The notes under the pieces were generated by a model that was given only the letters and a program-made list of their open reading frames with translations, was not told the DNA's origin and made no database searches. The position numbers were made by a program, and so were the translations under genes. A stretch of 63,275 nt of DNA, counting the filler, from Armatimonadota bacterium (GTDB lineage: Bacteria; Armatimonadota; Fimbriimonadia; Fimbriimonadales; Fimbriimonadaceae): the NCBI GenBank assembly GCA_031400935.1. It is 9 parts of 9 records of this genome, joined end to end, with 100 filler letters (N's around TTAATTAATTAA, not from the genome) between each part and the next. Parts side by side here need not be neighbours in the genome. Positions count along the whole stretch, not along the records: positions 10,661 to 42,373 come from JANNQV010000036.1; positions 42,474 to 47,442 come from JANNQV010000037.1; 7 more parts are not named here. The stretch is one strand, 5' to 3'. Position 1 is the first letter of the stretch; each line of letters opens with the position of its first letter. Below are positions 37,783 through 47,542 of this stretch, piece after piece.

Positions 37783-39153
37783 ATGCGCGTAATGATGCTG
37801 TCGTGGGAATACCCGCCACGAATTGTCGGTGGAATCTCTCCGCACGTATACGACCTGTCAAAGGAACTCGTGAAATTAGGCATTGAAGTTCACGTTGTTA
37901 CAAAATCCACACCGCAAGCACCAGATGAAGAAATCGAATCCAGCGGCGTTGTGGTTCACAGAGTTCATTTAGACGAGTCTCCTCGAAACTTTGTCCACGA
38001 AATTGAGTTATTGAACGCAGCTACCGAGCGCCGAGTGAGGCAATTGCTAGAAGACTGGAGGCCTGGAGGGCAGCCGACTCTGTTTCACGCACACGACTGG
38101 CTTGCACTAGAAGCAGCCCGAGAGCTCAAATTTGAATATAGCTTGCCCATGGTCGCGACGATTCATGCGACTGAATCTGGAAGAAATCAGGGCGTCCACA
38201 ATGACCTTCAAATGTACATTTCAGAAGAAGAATACTGGCTCAGCTTTGAAGCATGGCGAGTAATTGTCTGCTCTGAATATATGAAACACCATGTGTCCGA
38301 CATTTTTTCATCCCCAATTGACAAGATTGACGTGATTTTCAATGGGGTTACGCCAGAAACATTTCAATTTGAATGGAGCGAACAAGACAAATCGGCTTGG
38401 CGAAAAAAGTTTGCGAACGATGACGAGAAAATTGTCCTCTTTGTAGGAAGATTTGTACGTGAAAAGGGGATTCAGGACTTACTTTCTGCTGCTGGCTCCA
38501 TCCTGGCAACGCACCCGAACACACGATTTCTGGTCGTCGGCGGAGGGCATCGAGAGCGATTTGAGCGATTTGTAGACTGGTATGGGATCGCTGATAAAGT
38601 GACATTCACAGGTTTCATGGGCGGCAGAGACCTCCTTCAGATGTTCCGGATTGCCGATGTCGCCGTATTCCCCTCCCTTTACGAGCCCTTTGGAATTGTT
38701 GCTCTTGAAGCGATGGCGGCTGGTGCCTCAGTTGTATCCAGTGAGGCGGGCGGATTGAAGGAGGTTGTGATGCACGACGTAACTGGCACAAACTGCTATC
38801 CAGGAGATCCAGAATCAGTTGCGTGGGCAATTCGAAGAGTCTTGGATGATCCTGAAAGGGCGTTAAGATTGCGCCAAAACGCTTCCCTGCGCCTGAAATC
38901 TGACTTCGATTGGCCGTTGATAGCGAAAAAAACTGTTGCTGTTTATGAACAAGTTTGGAACGAATTCCTGGCAAGCCATTGGGCGGCTGACACAGTTTGG
39001 CCCGTCGTTGCAGGAGCTGAAGAGCGATGGCGAGGACGTCAACTCAGTCAGCGGGCGCTAAGCGGTGCAACGCTCAATAAACCTCGTCCAACCACCCAGC
39101 CAGAAGCACCTTCTGTTGAACAATTAGAAACTGAGAAGTACTTTAAGGAGTGA
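37783..39153 (+). CDS. Glycosyltransferase family 4 (glycogen-synthase-like)
   Basis: LSWEYPPRIVGG, HAHDWL, TIHATE.GR, PSLYEPFGIVALEAMA. Confidence 0.92.
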   Translation: MRVMMLSWEYPPRIVGGISPHVYDLSKELVKLGIEVHVVTKSTPQAPDEEIESSGVVVHRVHLDESPRNFVHEIELLNAATERRVRQLLEDWRPGGQPTLFHAHDWLALEAARELKFEYSLPMVATIHATESGRNQGVHNDLQMYISEEEYWLSFEAWRVIVCSEYMKHHVSDIFSSPIDKIDVIFNGVTPETFQFEWSEQDKSAWRKKFANDDEKIVLFVGRFVREKGIQDLLSAAGSILATHPNTRFLVVGGGHRERFERFVDWYGIADKVTFTGFMGGRDLLQMFRIADVAVFPSLYEPFGIVALEAMAAGASVVSSEAGGLKEVVMHDVTGTNCYPGDPESVAWAIRRVLDDPERALRLRQNASLRLKSDFDWPLIAKKTVAVYEQVWNEFLASHWAADTVWPVVAGAEERWRGRQLSQRALSGATLNKPRPTTQPEAPSVEQLETEKYFKE

Positions 39154-39303
39154 TATGAGTGAAGTGGGTTAACTGGGTGATTTTTGACTTTCGTGATAGT
39201 TTCGTGTGACTAGTTTGAGTAGCCCTGATCGCCTTTGCATTCAGTTTCATCCCAATCATCTCAGTCACCCAATTCACCCAATTCACCCTTTCACCCACGT
39301 CAC
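39148..39303. repeat. Inverted pair of 9-mer tandem arrays (nnnGGGTGA ... TCACCCnnn)
   Basis: Left 39148-39180, right 39238-39303; same unit at 44026-44065 and 61202-61228. Confidence 0.8.
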
Positions 39304-39305
39304 AA

Positions 39306-40796
39306 CTACGCCAACCCCATCGGCGGCAGAATTAGATACAAGCAACCAAATGTGACTCCGAACCCAATCACGTCAAACAGCAAGCCAGCCCGAAGCATCA
39401 CGCCCGAAGGAACGAGTCCACTGCTGTAAACAATCGCATTTGGAGCCGTGCTTATTGGAAGCATAAAGCCAAGATTGGAACCAATTACTGCGCCTAATGC
39501 AGGCGGAATTGGACTGACATGAGCGCCTTGAGCGAGTGCGATAGCAACTGGCGTCATTGTTGTTGCCGAAGCAGTATTGCTTGCAAGTTCGCTCAAGAGG
39601 ATAGACATTGCAATAGATAGAGCGGTGATCGCCCAAACATTCGAAGCACCCGTCGAATGAGCCAACGATTCGCCCACCGATTTCGCAAGTCCAGACTCAA
39701 ATGTTGCCTTCCCAAGGGCAAGGCCGCCGGCAAACAAAATAATTGTTCCCCACTCGATTTTCGTTGCAGAAGCCCAGGTCATCGCTCGTTTTTCAATTCG
39801 ATCCTTGCATGGCATCACAAAAAGGACCAGTGCCCCGGCCAATGCCGCGACAGCTTCCGGAACGCGAGCGGTCCAGAGTTTTGCAATTTGGGTTCCGCTC
39901 CCAGCCGCATATTCGATAAAGCCGGGCAAAATCCATAGAGTTAAGGCAACCCCAAAGCCAATCATGCTGACTTTTTCAGAGTCCCTCAATGGCCCGAGTG
40001 AGTGCAGTTCCTCGACCGCGACTGTCCTTGCAGAAGAAGTATTGGGCTGTTCGACCCCACGCCATACTCTCAAAAGCATCCAGGCAATGAGGAGCATTAA
40101 GATAGTAATGGGCATCCCAAACATCGCCCACTGAACAAAATTGATAGAAACGCCTGTGGATTCTCGAATCAACGCCACTCCAATCACGTTGGGCGGTGTG
40201 CCAATGATCGTTCCAACCGCGATGCTGGATCCCCACGTTAGCATCAAAAGTACGGAAGTTGAAATCGGATGGCCTCGCTTTTCGACGTGGATGGCCTTCA
40301 ATATTGTCCTGCCAATCGGCAACAGCATGGCGGTTGTTGCTGTATTGCTTACGAACAAAGAAATCACGCAGGCAATCGTGCCTATTGAGAGCAGAATGGA
40401 GCTGGGAGATCGAGTCGCGAACGGCTTGCTCAAGAGCCAGTAACTGATTCTGCGATCGAGCCCAGAGTCCTCCATAGATTTTGCAATAATGAAACTGCCT
40501 ACGAAAAGCAAAATGATTTGGTCGCCATAAGCTCCAAATGCATCTTTGGTCGAAAGAGCCCCAGTCGTAACCAACAAACAGGTGCTCACAAGGGCTGTTA
40601 TTGCAAGAGGAAGGGCTTCCGTCATCCACGAAGTGACCGCAAAGGCAAATGTTGTGGCGACCCATCGCTGCTCCGGCGGCCAATTCCCCATCGAAAGAAA
40701 CACTATCAGTGGAACGATGAGACAGAGAATCTGTTGCCACAATTGCGGCAAAATTTCCCTTCCCTCTTCTGAAACAGTGCTAGGTGACTCGTTCAT
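39306..40796 (-). CDS. SLC13/DASS sodium:dicarboxylate/sulfate symporter
   Basis: VSNTATTAM, IGTPPN, ASNTA, FMLPISTAPNAIVY. Confidence 0.93.
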   Translation of the reverse strand: MNESPSTVSEEGREILPQLWQQILCLIVPLIVFLSMGNWPPEQRWVATTFAFAVTSWMTEALPLAITALVSTCLLVTTGALSTKDAFGAYGDQIILLFVGSFIIAKSMEDSGLDRRISYWLLSKPFATRSPSSILLSIGTIACVISLFVSNTATTAMLLPIGRTILKAIHVEKRGHPISTSVLLMLTWGSSIAVGTIIGTPPNVIGVALIRESTGVSINFVQWAMFGMPITILMLLIAWMLLRVWRGVEQPNTSSARTVAVEELHSLGPLRDSEKVSMIGFGVALTLWILPGFIEYAAGSGTQIAKLWTARVPEAVAALAGALVLFVMPCKDRIEKRAMTWASATKIEWGTIILFAGGLALGKATFESGLAKSVGESLAHSTGASNVWAITALSIAMSILLSELASNTASATTMTPVAIALAQGAHVSPIPPALGAVIGSNLGFMLPISTAPNAIVYSSGLVPSGVMLRAGLLFDVIGFGVTFGCLYLILPPMGLA

Positions 40797-40930
40797 AAGC
40801 TATCCAAAACGACGGAAGCAAACCGTTTTCCGCCGCTAAAATCGGTGAACAAGGAAAGCTGCTGACGACGAATCTCTTTTACGACTAGTATCAGTCCAGC
40901 AATCTATATGTGTTTTTGACTTGCGTTGGT

Positions 40931-42370
40931 CTAAAACCGAGACCAAAGATACTGATTTGTAACTTCGTGGTGGAACAGAATTTCAGCTGTTTTTACGAGA
41001 GATCCAAGTTCCTTGGGACATCTGTCTGCGACCGCCATTTTGCGTTCTGCAAACTTCTCATGAACTTCTGTGCCGAGAAGCGATTCCATGAACTCGCTGG
41101 TCTTGAAGTGGCGAAGGGCGTCATAGATGTTGCCCGGCAAATATCGTGTTCGGGTCCGACGATTTTCTTTGTCAATGACTTCAGTCATTGGGCCTTCAAA
41201 ACCAGTTCGCAGAATCGTGTAAAACGCCATATAGGGGTTTGCATCTGGGGCGACGGTCCGAACCTCGATTCTCGCCGATTTTTCGTTACCCAAAGGAATC
41301 CTGACCATAGAAGTTCGGTCAACAGCCGATGATTTGATTTGATTCGGGGCTTCGTAATTTGGATCTAAACGGCGATAGGCGTTCACGCTTGGGTTCAGCA
41401 CGAGACACATATCGTTTGCGCTGTTCAGGAGCCTATCCACAAAATCCCATGCTTCCTTTGACAACTGATCGTCCCCCTTCTTGTCGAAATAGACGTTCTT
41501 TCCATTTCTGCTGATCGAAAGGTTTGTGTGCATTCCGCTGCCATTGATTCCTGCAATCGGCTTGGGCAAAAAGCATGCTGTCATTCCCATATTCGCGGCA
41601 ACTTGGCGAGATGTCAGCTTGTAAAGCTGCAATTGGTCTGCCGCCAAAAGGGCTTCGGTATACATATAGTTGAGTTCAAATTGGGCAGGGGCAACTTCGG
41701 GGTGGTCCTTTTCGTTCTGAAATCCAAGCGACCTTTGCGCTTCTGCTAAGTTGTCAATGAAGATTTTGAGAGGGTCTTTGGGAAGCGAATTGTAATATCC
41801 GCCGCTACTGGTGAGGGTGAATTCGTTTCGCGAGTTGTAAGTTTGCTCAGCATTCAATCCGGCAAACAAGAATCCCTCGCATTCGACGGCAATATTGGCG
41901 ACCATGTCTTTCTCCGCCAACGAATCGGAGAAGTCCTTTAACCGCCCACGCATGTCAGATGAATAGCTTTTACCGTCTCGATCCTTAATGAGTCCAAAGA
42001 CAATCACTTTTCCGGGGCCGAAGATGTCGCTTGGCAACCATCGGAACGAACCCCAATCAATTCCAAGACGAAGGTCCGACTCACTAACGACGCTGAATCC
42101 GCGAACAGACGAGCCGTCAAAGGTCAGATTGTCGTAGCTCGTCAACAAAAATTTCTTGTCGTAGTCGAGCATGTGGAAGCGCCCTTCCAAATCCGTAAAC
42201 CCGACTGTGACAGCTTTTATCTCCTTGGTGTCAGCAAGGTATTTCAGATAATAGTCTTTGAGCTTCCCTTCTTTTGTGCGGGAAAGCTGCCTCTCTTTTG
42301 CTTCAAGGTTGAGGTCTTCGAGTTGGTCGTAAGGAATTTCGAGAAAGTTCTTGAGAGGCGAATTACTCAT
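40931..42370 (-). CDS. glnA: Glutamine synthetase (type I)
   Basis: FDGSS, HPEVAPAQFE, PKPIAGINGSGMHTN, YRRLDPNYEAP, RIEVR. Confidence 0.95.
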   Translation of the reverse strand: MSNSPLKNFLEIPYDQLEDLNLEAKERQLSRTKEGKLKDYYLKYLADTKEIKAVTVGFTDLEGRFHMLDYDKKFLLTSYDNLTFDGSSVRGFSVVSESDLRLGIDWGSFRWLPSDIFGPGKVIVFGLIKDRDGKSYSSDMRGRLKDFSDSLAEKDMVANIAVECEGFLFAGLNAEQTYNSRNEFTLTSSGGYYNSLPKDPLKIFIDNLAEAQRSLGFQNEKDHPEVAPAQFELNYMYTEALLAADQLQLYKLTSRQVAANMGMTACFLPKPIAGINGSGMHTNLSISRNGKNVYFDKKGDDQLSKEAWDFVDRLLNSANDMCLVLNPSVNAYRRLDPNYEAPNQIKSSAVDRTSMVRIPLGNEKSARIEVRTVAPDANPYMAFYTILRTGFEGPMTEVIDKENRRTRTRYLPGNIYDALRHFKTSEFMESLLGTEVHEKFAERKMAVADRCPKELGSLVKTAEILFHHEVTNQYLWSRF

Positions 42371-42473
42371 GATNNNNNNNNNNNNNNNNNNNNNNNNNNN
42401 NNNNNNNNNNNNNNNNNTTAATTAATTAANNNNNNNNNNNNNNNNNNNNNNNNNNNNNNNNNNNNNNNNNNNN

Positions 42474-42614
42474 GCGCACTTTTTTCAGAAAGGCGATCGG
42501 CTCGTAATCGCCGCCTTTACCTGGACCGATGAACCCATAGTTCCAAAGCTGCTGTTACTCGATGAGAACAATGCGGTGGTAAGAGAAATGGAACCGTTCA
42601 CGGTCGATGGTTGA
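42474..42614 (+). CDS. panD: 3' end of aspartate 1-decarboxylase (not in ORF track)
   Basis: Own translation AHFFQKGDRLVIAAFTWTDEPIVPKLLLLDENN... resembles the PanD C-terminus. Confidence 0.75.
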   Translation, partial: AHFFQKGDRLVIAAFTWTDEPIVPKLLLLDENNAVVREMEPFTVDG

Positions 42615-42620
42615 CGAAAG

Positions 42621-42678
42621 CCCCTCCCTTATTTCGAGGAACGAAGGAAAAATGGCATACGGGTTGGGGAGGGAGAGT
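42621..42678. repeat. Degenerate GAGGAACGA-loop family A element
   Basis: CCCCTCCCTTATTTC-GAGGAACGA...GGGTTGGGGAGGGAG. Confidence 0.7.
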
Positions 42679-42699
42679 TTGAATCTGGATTCAGGCCCT

Positions 42700-43791
42700 T
42701 CATTGAGGTTTCGGCGATCCCAAAATAACCGTTGCCCCAAAACCATACGCAAGAAAGGCAATTTCTTTTGTCTTCAGATCGATTAGCCAAATGCGGTCGT
42801 TCACCTCAGCAACGCACCAGCCATCGGGCAAGAGAATTTGGTTTTCCCAATTCCAAGAGAGGAAAGGAGTCACTAGATCTAAAGAAAACGACTCGTTGGT
42901 TTTCGCGTCAGTCACGCCGAACGAGTAGCCTGCCCAACCCAAGCTGATGATTCTGTACTCGGGAGGTTCTTCGATCGAAAAGCGTCGCAAATAGGATGGT
43001 CCAGAAAACGGATATTTCCAACCAATCTCATCGCCTTCTAGCCGTTCAACTTGTCTTTCTTCGAGCGGCAGGTCTTTCAGAACAATACGTTGATATGGCA
43101 CCAAACTTGAATCTTGAAAAATCATGTGCCACTTGTTGCCAGGAGATTTCGCAATGTGGAGTGGCATTCTGTAGGGATGCAGCGGAAAATTGAACTTACT
43201 GACGTCATGTCTCTGCAAAAGCACCCGTGACGGCAACGATCTAACAAACAGTTGCTTTCCATCATTTGACACGGAAAACAGAGTTGCCTCAGGTGGTTTC
43301 CGAGTCATCTTGAAAGGCATCGTTCTGCCCTTCAATAAGAAGGCGCCGCTGTAGTTTGAAACGGGAATCGATACCAAAAACAACGCCGCATAACTAACCA
43401 AATTCGCAAGGAATGCCGCCTTAAAGGCTCTCGGAGCTTTCTCGCAATTTCGAATCGCCCAACGAAACATCGGCCATTCAGCGAGTACAGTTGCACCGAA
43501 AGTCACAAGCCAAGTGACGATAAGGAACGGAACAGTAAAGTAGAAAATCAGGGGTTCAGAGAGCTTTTGCCAAAATGATAAGGTGCTGGGAACGATGAAC
43601 AGGCCCAGCAGCCCAGTTACGAAATTGGTTGCAATGAGAATCCCCCTGGTTTTTTGAATCGGGATTCCGTATCGTTTCTGCAAGACCCAGGCTTCCAGAT
43701 AGCCGATCAGCGCGTTCCCGAAGATGAGCATAAAGCAACCGCCCCAAACAAACGGCGTGCCGATGTTCGCCATGAGGTTTATGGGCTGCAT
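42700..43791 (-). CDS. Hypothetical membrane protein with soluble C-terminal domain
   Basis: Four N-terminal TMs (GNALIGYLEA, ANLVSY); TACAGT 7 nt before ATG. Confidence 0.75.
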   Translation of the reverse strand: MQPINLMANIGTPFVWGGCFMLIFGNALIGYLEAWVLQKRYGIPIQKTRGILIATNFVTGLLGLFIVPSTLSFWQKLSEPLIFYFTVPFLIVTWLVTFGATVLAEWPMFRWAIRNCEKAPRAFKAAFLANLVSYAALFLVSIPVSNYSGAFLLKGRTMPFKMTRKPPEATLFSVSNDGKQLFVRSLPSRVLLQRHDVSKFNFPLHPYRMPLHIAKSPGNKWHMIFQDSSLVPYQRIVLKDLPLEERQVERLEGDEIGWKYPFSGPSYLRRFSIEEPPEYRIISLGWAGYSFGVTDAKTNESFSLDLVTPFLSWNWENQILLPDGWCVAEVNDRIWLIDLKTKEIAFLAYGFGATVILGSPKPQ

Positions 43792-43854
43792 AATCGGAAC
43801 TGTACCTATTTGGTTTCGATACTATGAGCGGTAACTTTTGGAAAGCGATATCTT

Positions 43855-43988
43855 CCTTCCCTTGAGGGAAGGACCGAGGATGGTTGGGCGCACATTTCTC
43901 GTTGGATCGATTCAGCATATAAATCGGGCGATGAAAAAACAGTTAGGAAATCATCGCCATCCACCCTTGCCCTCCTTCAAAGGAGGGT
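43855..43988. repeat. Inverted pair of purine/pyrimidine hairpins (CCTTCCCTTGAGGGAAGG / CCCTCCTTCAAAGGAGGG)
   Basis: Two small palindromes facing each other, with an internal GGCGATGA/TCATCGCC stem. Confidence 0.55.
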
Positions 43989-44074
43989 TGCCATAGACCA
44001 TGACTCCGAGGCTGGAACGACATTCACACCCCAGTCACCCACTTCACCCGGGTCACCCACTTCATAATAGAAAA

Positions 44075-45343
44075 ATGCACCCCCACCGCATACCACTCGC
44101 CACCGTCGACCCTGAAGTCGCCGCCATCATCGCCAAAGAAGAACAAAGACAAGAGCACAACCTAGAACTCATCGCCAGCGAAAACATCGCCTCCCTCGCC
44201 GTCCGCCAAGCGATGATGTGCGTGATGACCGACAAGTACGCCGAGGGGTACCCAGGCAAGCGCTACTACGGCGGATGCGAAGTGGTAGACGAAGTGGAAT
44301 CGCTGGCGATTGAAAGGGTGTGCAAACTCTTTGGAGCCAACTTTGCCAACGTACAGCCCCATTGCGGAGCCGGGGCGAACATGGCAGCCTATTTCGCGCT
44401 CGTCAAGCCGGGAGACACCATCATGGCGATGAATCTGGCGCATGGCGGGCACCTCACCCATGGCTCGCCGGTGAACTTTTCCGGCCAACTTTACAAGGTC
44501 GTGCCCTACGGAGTTGACCCCGAAACCGAACTGATAGATTACGATGAATTCCACCGGCTGGCAGTCGAACACAAGCCAAAGCTCATCGTCAGCGGGGCGA
44601 CGGCGTATTCTCGCAAGTTCGATTTCAAACGCATTCGCGAAATCGCCGATGAAGTCGGCGCGATGCACCTATGCGATATGGCGCACTACGCGGGGCTCAT
44701 CGCAGCGGGCGAATATCCCAATCCGCTGCCGCATTGCCATGTGGTCACTTCCACCACGCACAAATCGCTTCGCGGCCCACGCGGCGGCATCATTTTGTGG
44801 AACGATGAAGAGCTTTCAAAGCCCATCAATATGAGCGTTTTTCCGGGTTTGCAAGGCGGCCCGCTCATGCACATCATCGCGGCAAAGGCGGTCTGTTTTG
44901 CTGAAGCTTCCTTGCCCTCTTTTAAGGATTATGCCAAGCAGGTTCGCCTAAACGCGGCGGCCCTTTCTTCAGCCATGTCGAATGAGGGTTTTCGAATCGT
45001 TTCGGGCGGCACCGATTCGCACCTGATGCTGGTGGACCTTCGCCCATTTGCCGTAACAGGAAAAAATGCCCAAGCTGTGCTCGATTCCGTAAACATCACC
45101 ACGAACAAGAATTCGATCCCCAACGATCCTGAAAAGCCGTTCGTCACTTCGGGCATCCGTCTCGGCACCCCGGCAGTCACCACCAGGGGGATGAAGGAAG
45201 GGGAGATGGCATCCATCGCCTCGCTGATTTCACGGGCGCTAAAGGCTGGGGAAGATGAAGGGTTGCTTTCTGGAGTTAGGTCGGAGGTTGTTGAGTTGAC
45301 TGGGAAGTTTGGGATTCACGATTTAGAGGGAGTAACAGCATGA
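44075..45343 (+). CDS. glyA: Serine hydroxymethyltransferase
   Basis: [49 protein letters not shown] 6 nt before ATG 44075. Confidence 0.98.
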   Translation: MHPHRIPLATVDPEVAAIIAKEEQRQEHNLELIASENIASLAVRQAMMCVMTDKYAEGYPGKRYYGGCEVVDEVESLAIERVCKLFGANFANVQPHCGAGANMAAYFALVKPGDTIMAMNLAHGGHLTHGSPVNFSGQLYKVVPYGVDPETELIDYDEFHRLAVEHKPKLIVSGATAYSRKFDFKRIREIADEVGAMHLCDMAHYAGLIAAGEYPNPLPHCHVVTSTTHKSLRGPRGGIILWNDEELSKPINMSVFPGLQGGPLMHIIAAKAVCFAEASLPSFKDYAKQVRLNAAALSSAMSNEGFRIVSGGTDSHLMLVDLRPFAVTGKNAQAVLDSVNITTNKNSIPNDPEKPFVTSGIRLGTPAVTTRGMKEGEMASIASLISRALKAGEDEGLLSGVRSEVVELTGKFGIHDLEGVTA

Positions 45344-45633
45344 GGATATACGACCGAGCAGTTTGGGAGCTAATGCACGAACTTGCAAACCAATTACTTG
45401 TGAAGGAGGGTGATGTTGTTGAACGTGCCGAAGTTAAAGCATGGTTCAAAAGCCATTATCCGCTCATAAAGATGAACACGATTGATCGGCACTTAATGCG
45501 CATGTCTACGAATGCTGTTGGACGACTCCACCATCATGGCAAACCCGGAAACGACGATTTGTTCTTCAAGCTGGAGAAGAGCACATTCAGGCGCTATCGC
45601 CCAGGGATCGATCAGGCTCCACTTTGGAAATGA
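45340..45633 (+). CDS. Small winged-helix-like protein resembling the N-terminal domain of some NucS-type endonucleases
   Basis: WF..HYP.IK.NTI..HL..MSTN...R.H....DLFFK....FRRY.P..D; resemblance from memory; ATGA overlap with glyA. Confidence 0.6.
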   Translation: MRIYDRAVWELMHELANQLLVKEGDVVERAEVKAWFKSHYPLIKMNTIDRHLMRMSTNAVGRLHHHGKPGNDDLFFKLEKSTFRRYRPGIDQAPLWK

Positions 45634-45645
45634 GCCGAGGTTGCA

Positions 45646-46581
45646 TTAAACTGCTACGCAACTCACCGGTACTTCGCCATAAAGCCATAATTCCTCGTGA
45701 ACTGCCATCGAAGCTCCCAGTTCTTGAGTCACCTTGTGAAACTTCAGTTCTGACGCTGTGTAAAGCGAAACGCTTTGGTCACGCAATTTTGTAGCCGCAA
45801 TCTTACAATAGTCACGGTCAATTTCGATTCCGATACTATTCCTCCCAGCTTTTAAGGCGGCTAACATTGTAGTGCCTGAACCATTGAAAGGGTCCAGAAC
45901 AGTGTCTCCAACGAATGAGAACATTCGCACCAATCGATAAGCGAGTTCAAGCGGAAACGGAGCAGGATGTACTTTTGTTGAGGCTCCTGTAAGAGTCCAA
46001 ATCTGCTGAAACCAAGCACGATATTCGTCCTTACTCATCTTGCTAAGTCGGCGTTGTTCTTCTGTAGGTTGCCGGTATCCTCCGGATTTCCGTTCCATCA
46101 AGATGAATTCGATGTCGCTCTTGATGATCGCATTAGGCTCGTAAGGCTTTCCAAGGAACTTCGTACCGTTTTCGACTTCAAAGCTTGCGTTGCTGATCTT
46201 GTGCCAAATAATTGGATTCAAATTGTCAAATCCGATCTTTCGACACAACACACAAATGTCCGCATGTAAAGGCACAACTGCATGCCGTCCAAATTTCCGT
46301 CTCGATTGGCAGATATCACCGACGACACAAACCATTCTGCCGCCTGGAACGAGAACTCTATACACTTCCTTCCAGACCTTATCAATCTGGGCCAGGAAAT
46401 CCTCGTAATCGTTTATATGACCAAGTTGTTCACTTGACTCGTTGTAGCGTTTTAGATTCCAGTACGGCGGTGATGTGACGACAAGATGCACTGAATTGTC
46501 AGGAATGTATGGAAAGTGTCGTGCGTCACCCCAAAACAGGGAGTGTGTGGTTCTTTCGGCGCTATCTACAATTTTGTTCAT
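45646..46581 (-). CDS. Beta-class N4-C/N6-A DNA methyltransferase
   Basis: TSPPY (motif IV) precedes DPFNGSGTT (motif I); HPAPFP. Confidence 0.93.
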   Translation of the reverse strand: MNKIVDSAERTTHSLFWGDARHFPYIPDNSVHLVVTSPPYWNLKRYNESSEQLGHINDYEDFLAQIDKVWKEVYRVLVPGGRMVCVVGDICQSRRKFGRHAVVPLHADICVLCRKIGFDNLNPIIWHKISNASFEVENGTKFLGKPYEPNAIIKSDIEFILMERKSGGYRQPTEEQRRLSKMSKDEYRAWFQQIWTLTGASTKVHPAPFPLELAYRLVRMFSFVGDTVLDPFNGSGTTMLAALKAGRNSIGIEIDRDYCKIAATKLRDQSVSLYTASELKFHKVTQELGASMAVHEELWLYGEVPVSCVAV

Positions 46582-46584
46582 AGG

Positions 46585-47301
46585 TTAAATGTGAGCCTTG
46601 ACGTGTCCAACCATTGATCGAACAAAGTGCTCAAGGTTGAGTTCTGGATCGGGTTGAGAAAAGCTGTAATCCTTCTTAGTTGAAATGAATGCAGTTGCAG
46701 TGTATTGCCTCTCTGCCATTAGTTTCCGACAAAGCAACCGGCATCGTTCCGAATAGCTTGCTCGTGTAAACTCCTTTAGTACTTTAAAGTGCGGTTCCTT
46801 GACATTTACCGGGCTCTTACTTCCAGGAGCATCTTCCACGATGAACACAAAGCCGAGCCATGGCGGATTTGCAGATCGGTAGACTTCGTCTTGATGCGCT
46901 CTCCAGAGGTCCGCAGCATTTCCAATTGCTTCCTCTGCACGGTTATTACAATTGTTTCCAAACGAACCAACGATTGCCTTTGTTTCCAGAACCACAAGCA
47001 ACTTTCCTTTATGGACAACAAGTAAATCCCATTTCTTCGTCGGTCGATAGAAACCAGGAATCTCCAGACTCCTCTGCGAGAAAATGCTTGACTCTGGTAC
47101 GCCAGCTGCCTTCAAAAAAGAAGCTAAGAGTAGAAGCATTCCGTCAAAGTGCTTGCCTCCAGTCGCAGCTCCACGATGGCCCTGGTCAGCTTTTCCTTCT
47201 GGGAGTTGTTTTTGTAATTGTTTGTCCCTACCCGTCCAAAAGCCCTTTATCGCGTCGGCTGTAAGTGAATCCAATTCGCCATAAAGCTCATCAAGCGTCA
47301 T
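46585..47301 (-). CDS. PaeR7I/XhoI-family type II restriction endonuclease
   Basis: GGKHFDG, PGFYRPTKKWDLLV...ETK, SFGNNCNNRAEEAIG.A.DLW. Confidence 0.85.
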   Translation of the reverse strand: MTLDELYGELDSLTADAIKGFWTGRDKQLQKQLPEGKADQGHRGAATGGKHFDGMLLLLASFLKAAGVPESSIFSQRSLEIPGFYRPTKKWDLLVVHKGKLLVVLETKAIVGSFGNNCNNRAEEAIGNAADLWRAHQDEVYRSANPPWLGFVFIVEDAPGSKSPVNVKEPHFKVLKEFTRASYSERCRLLCRKLMAERQYTATAFISTKKDYSFSQPDPELNLEHFVRSMVGHVKAHI

Positions 47302-47542
47302 TACGATATGCTACCTTTCCCAACCTGAAAGTGCCTGGCAGCAATTAGGCAACGGAAATTGCAAGGAAGGTCCCTCGCTTGCCTTTTGTCGTGCCTCGGA
47401 CGTGGCGAGGCACGACCCAAGCCGTCCGAGGAGCAACCCAAGNNNNNNNNNNNNNNNNNNNNNNNNNNNNNNNNNNNNNNNNNNNNTTAATTAATTAANN
47501 NNNNNNNNNNNNNNNNNNNNNNNNNNNNNNNNNNNNNNNNNN

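Noticed and set aside
44000..44074. His/Pro-rich N-terminal extension of GlyA, and the similar extension of TrpB at 49167-49346 as a possible attenuator peptide
   Set aside because: Both are read-through of tandem repeats; -10 boxes sit directly before ATG 44075 and ATG 49347. No tandem Trp leader with a terminator was seen.
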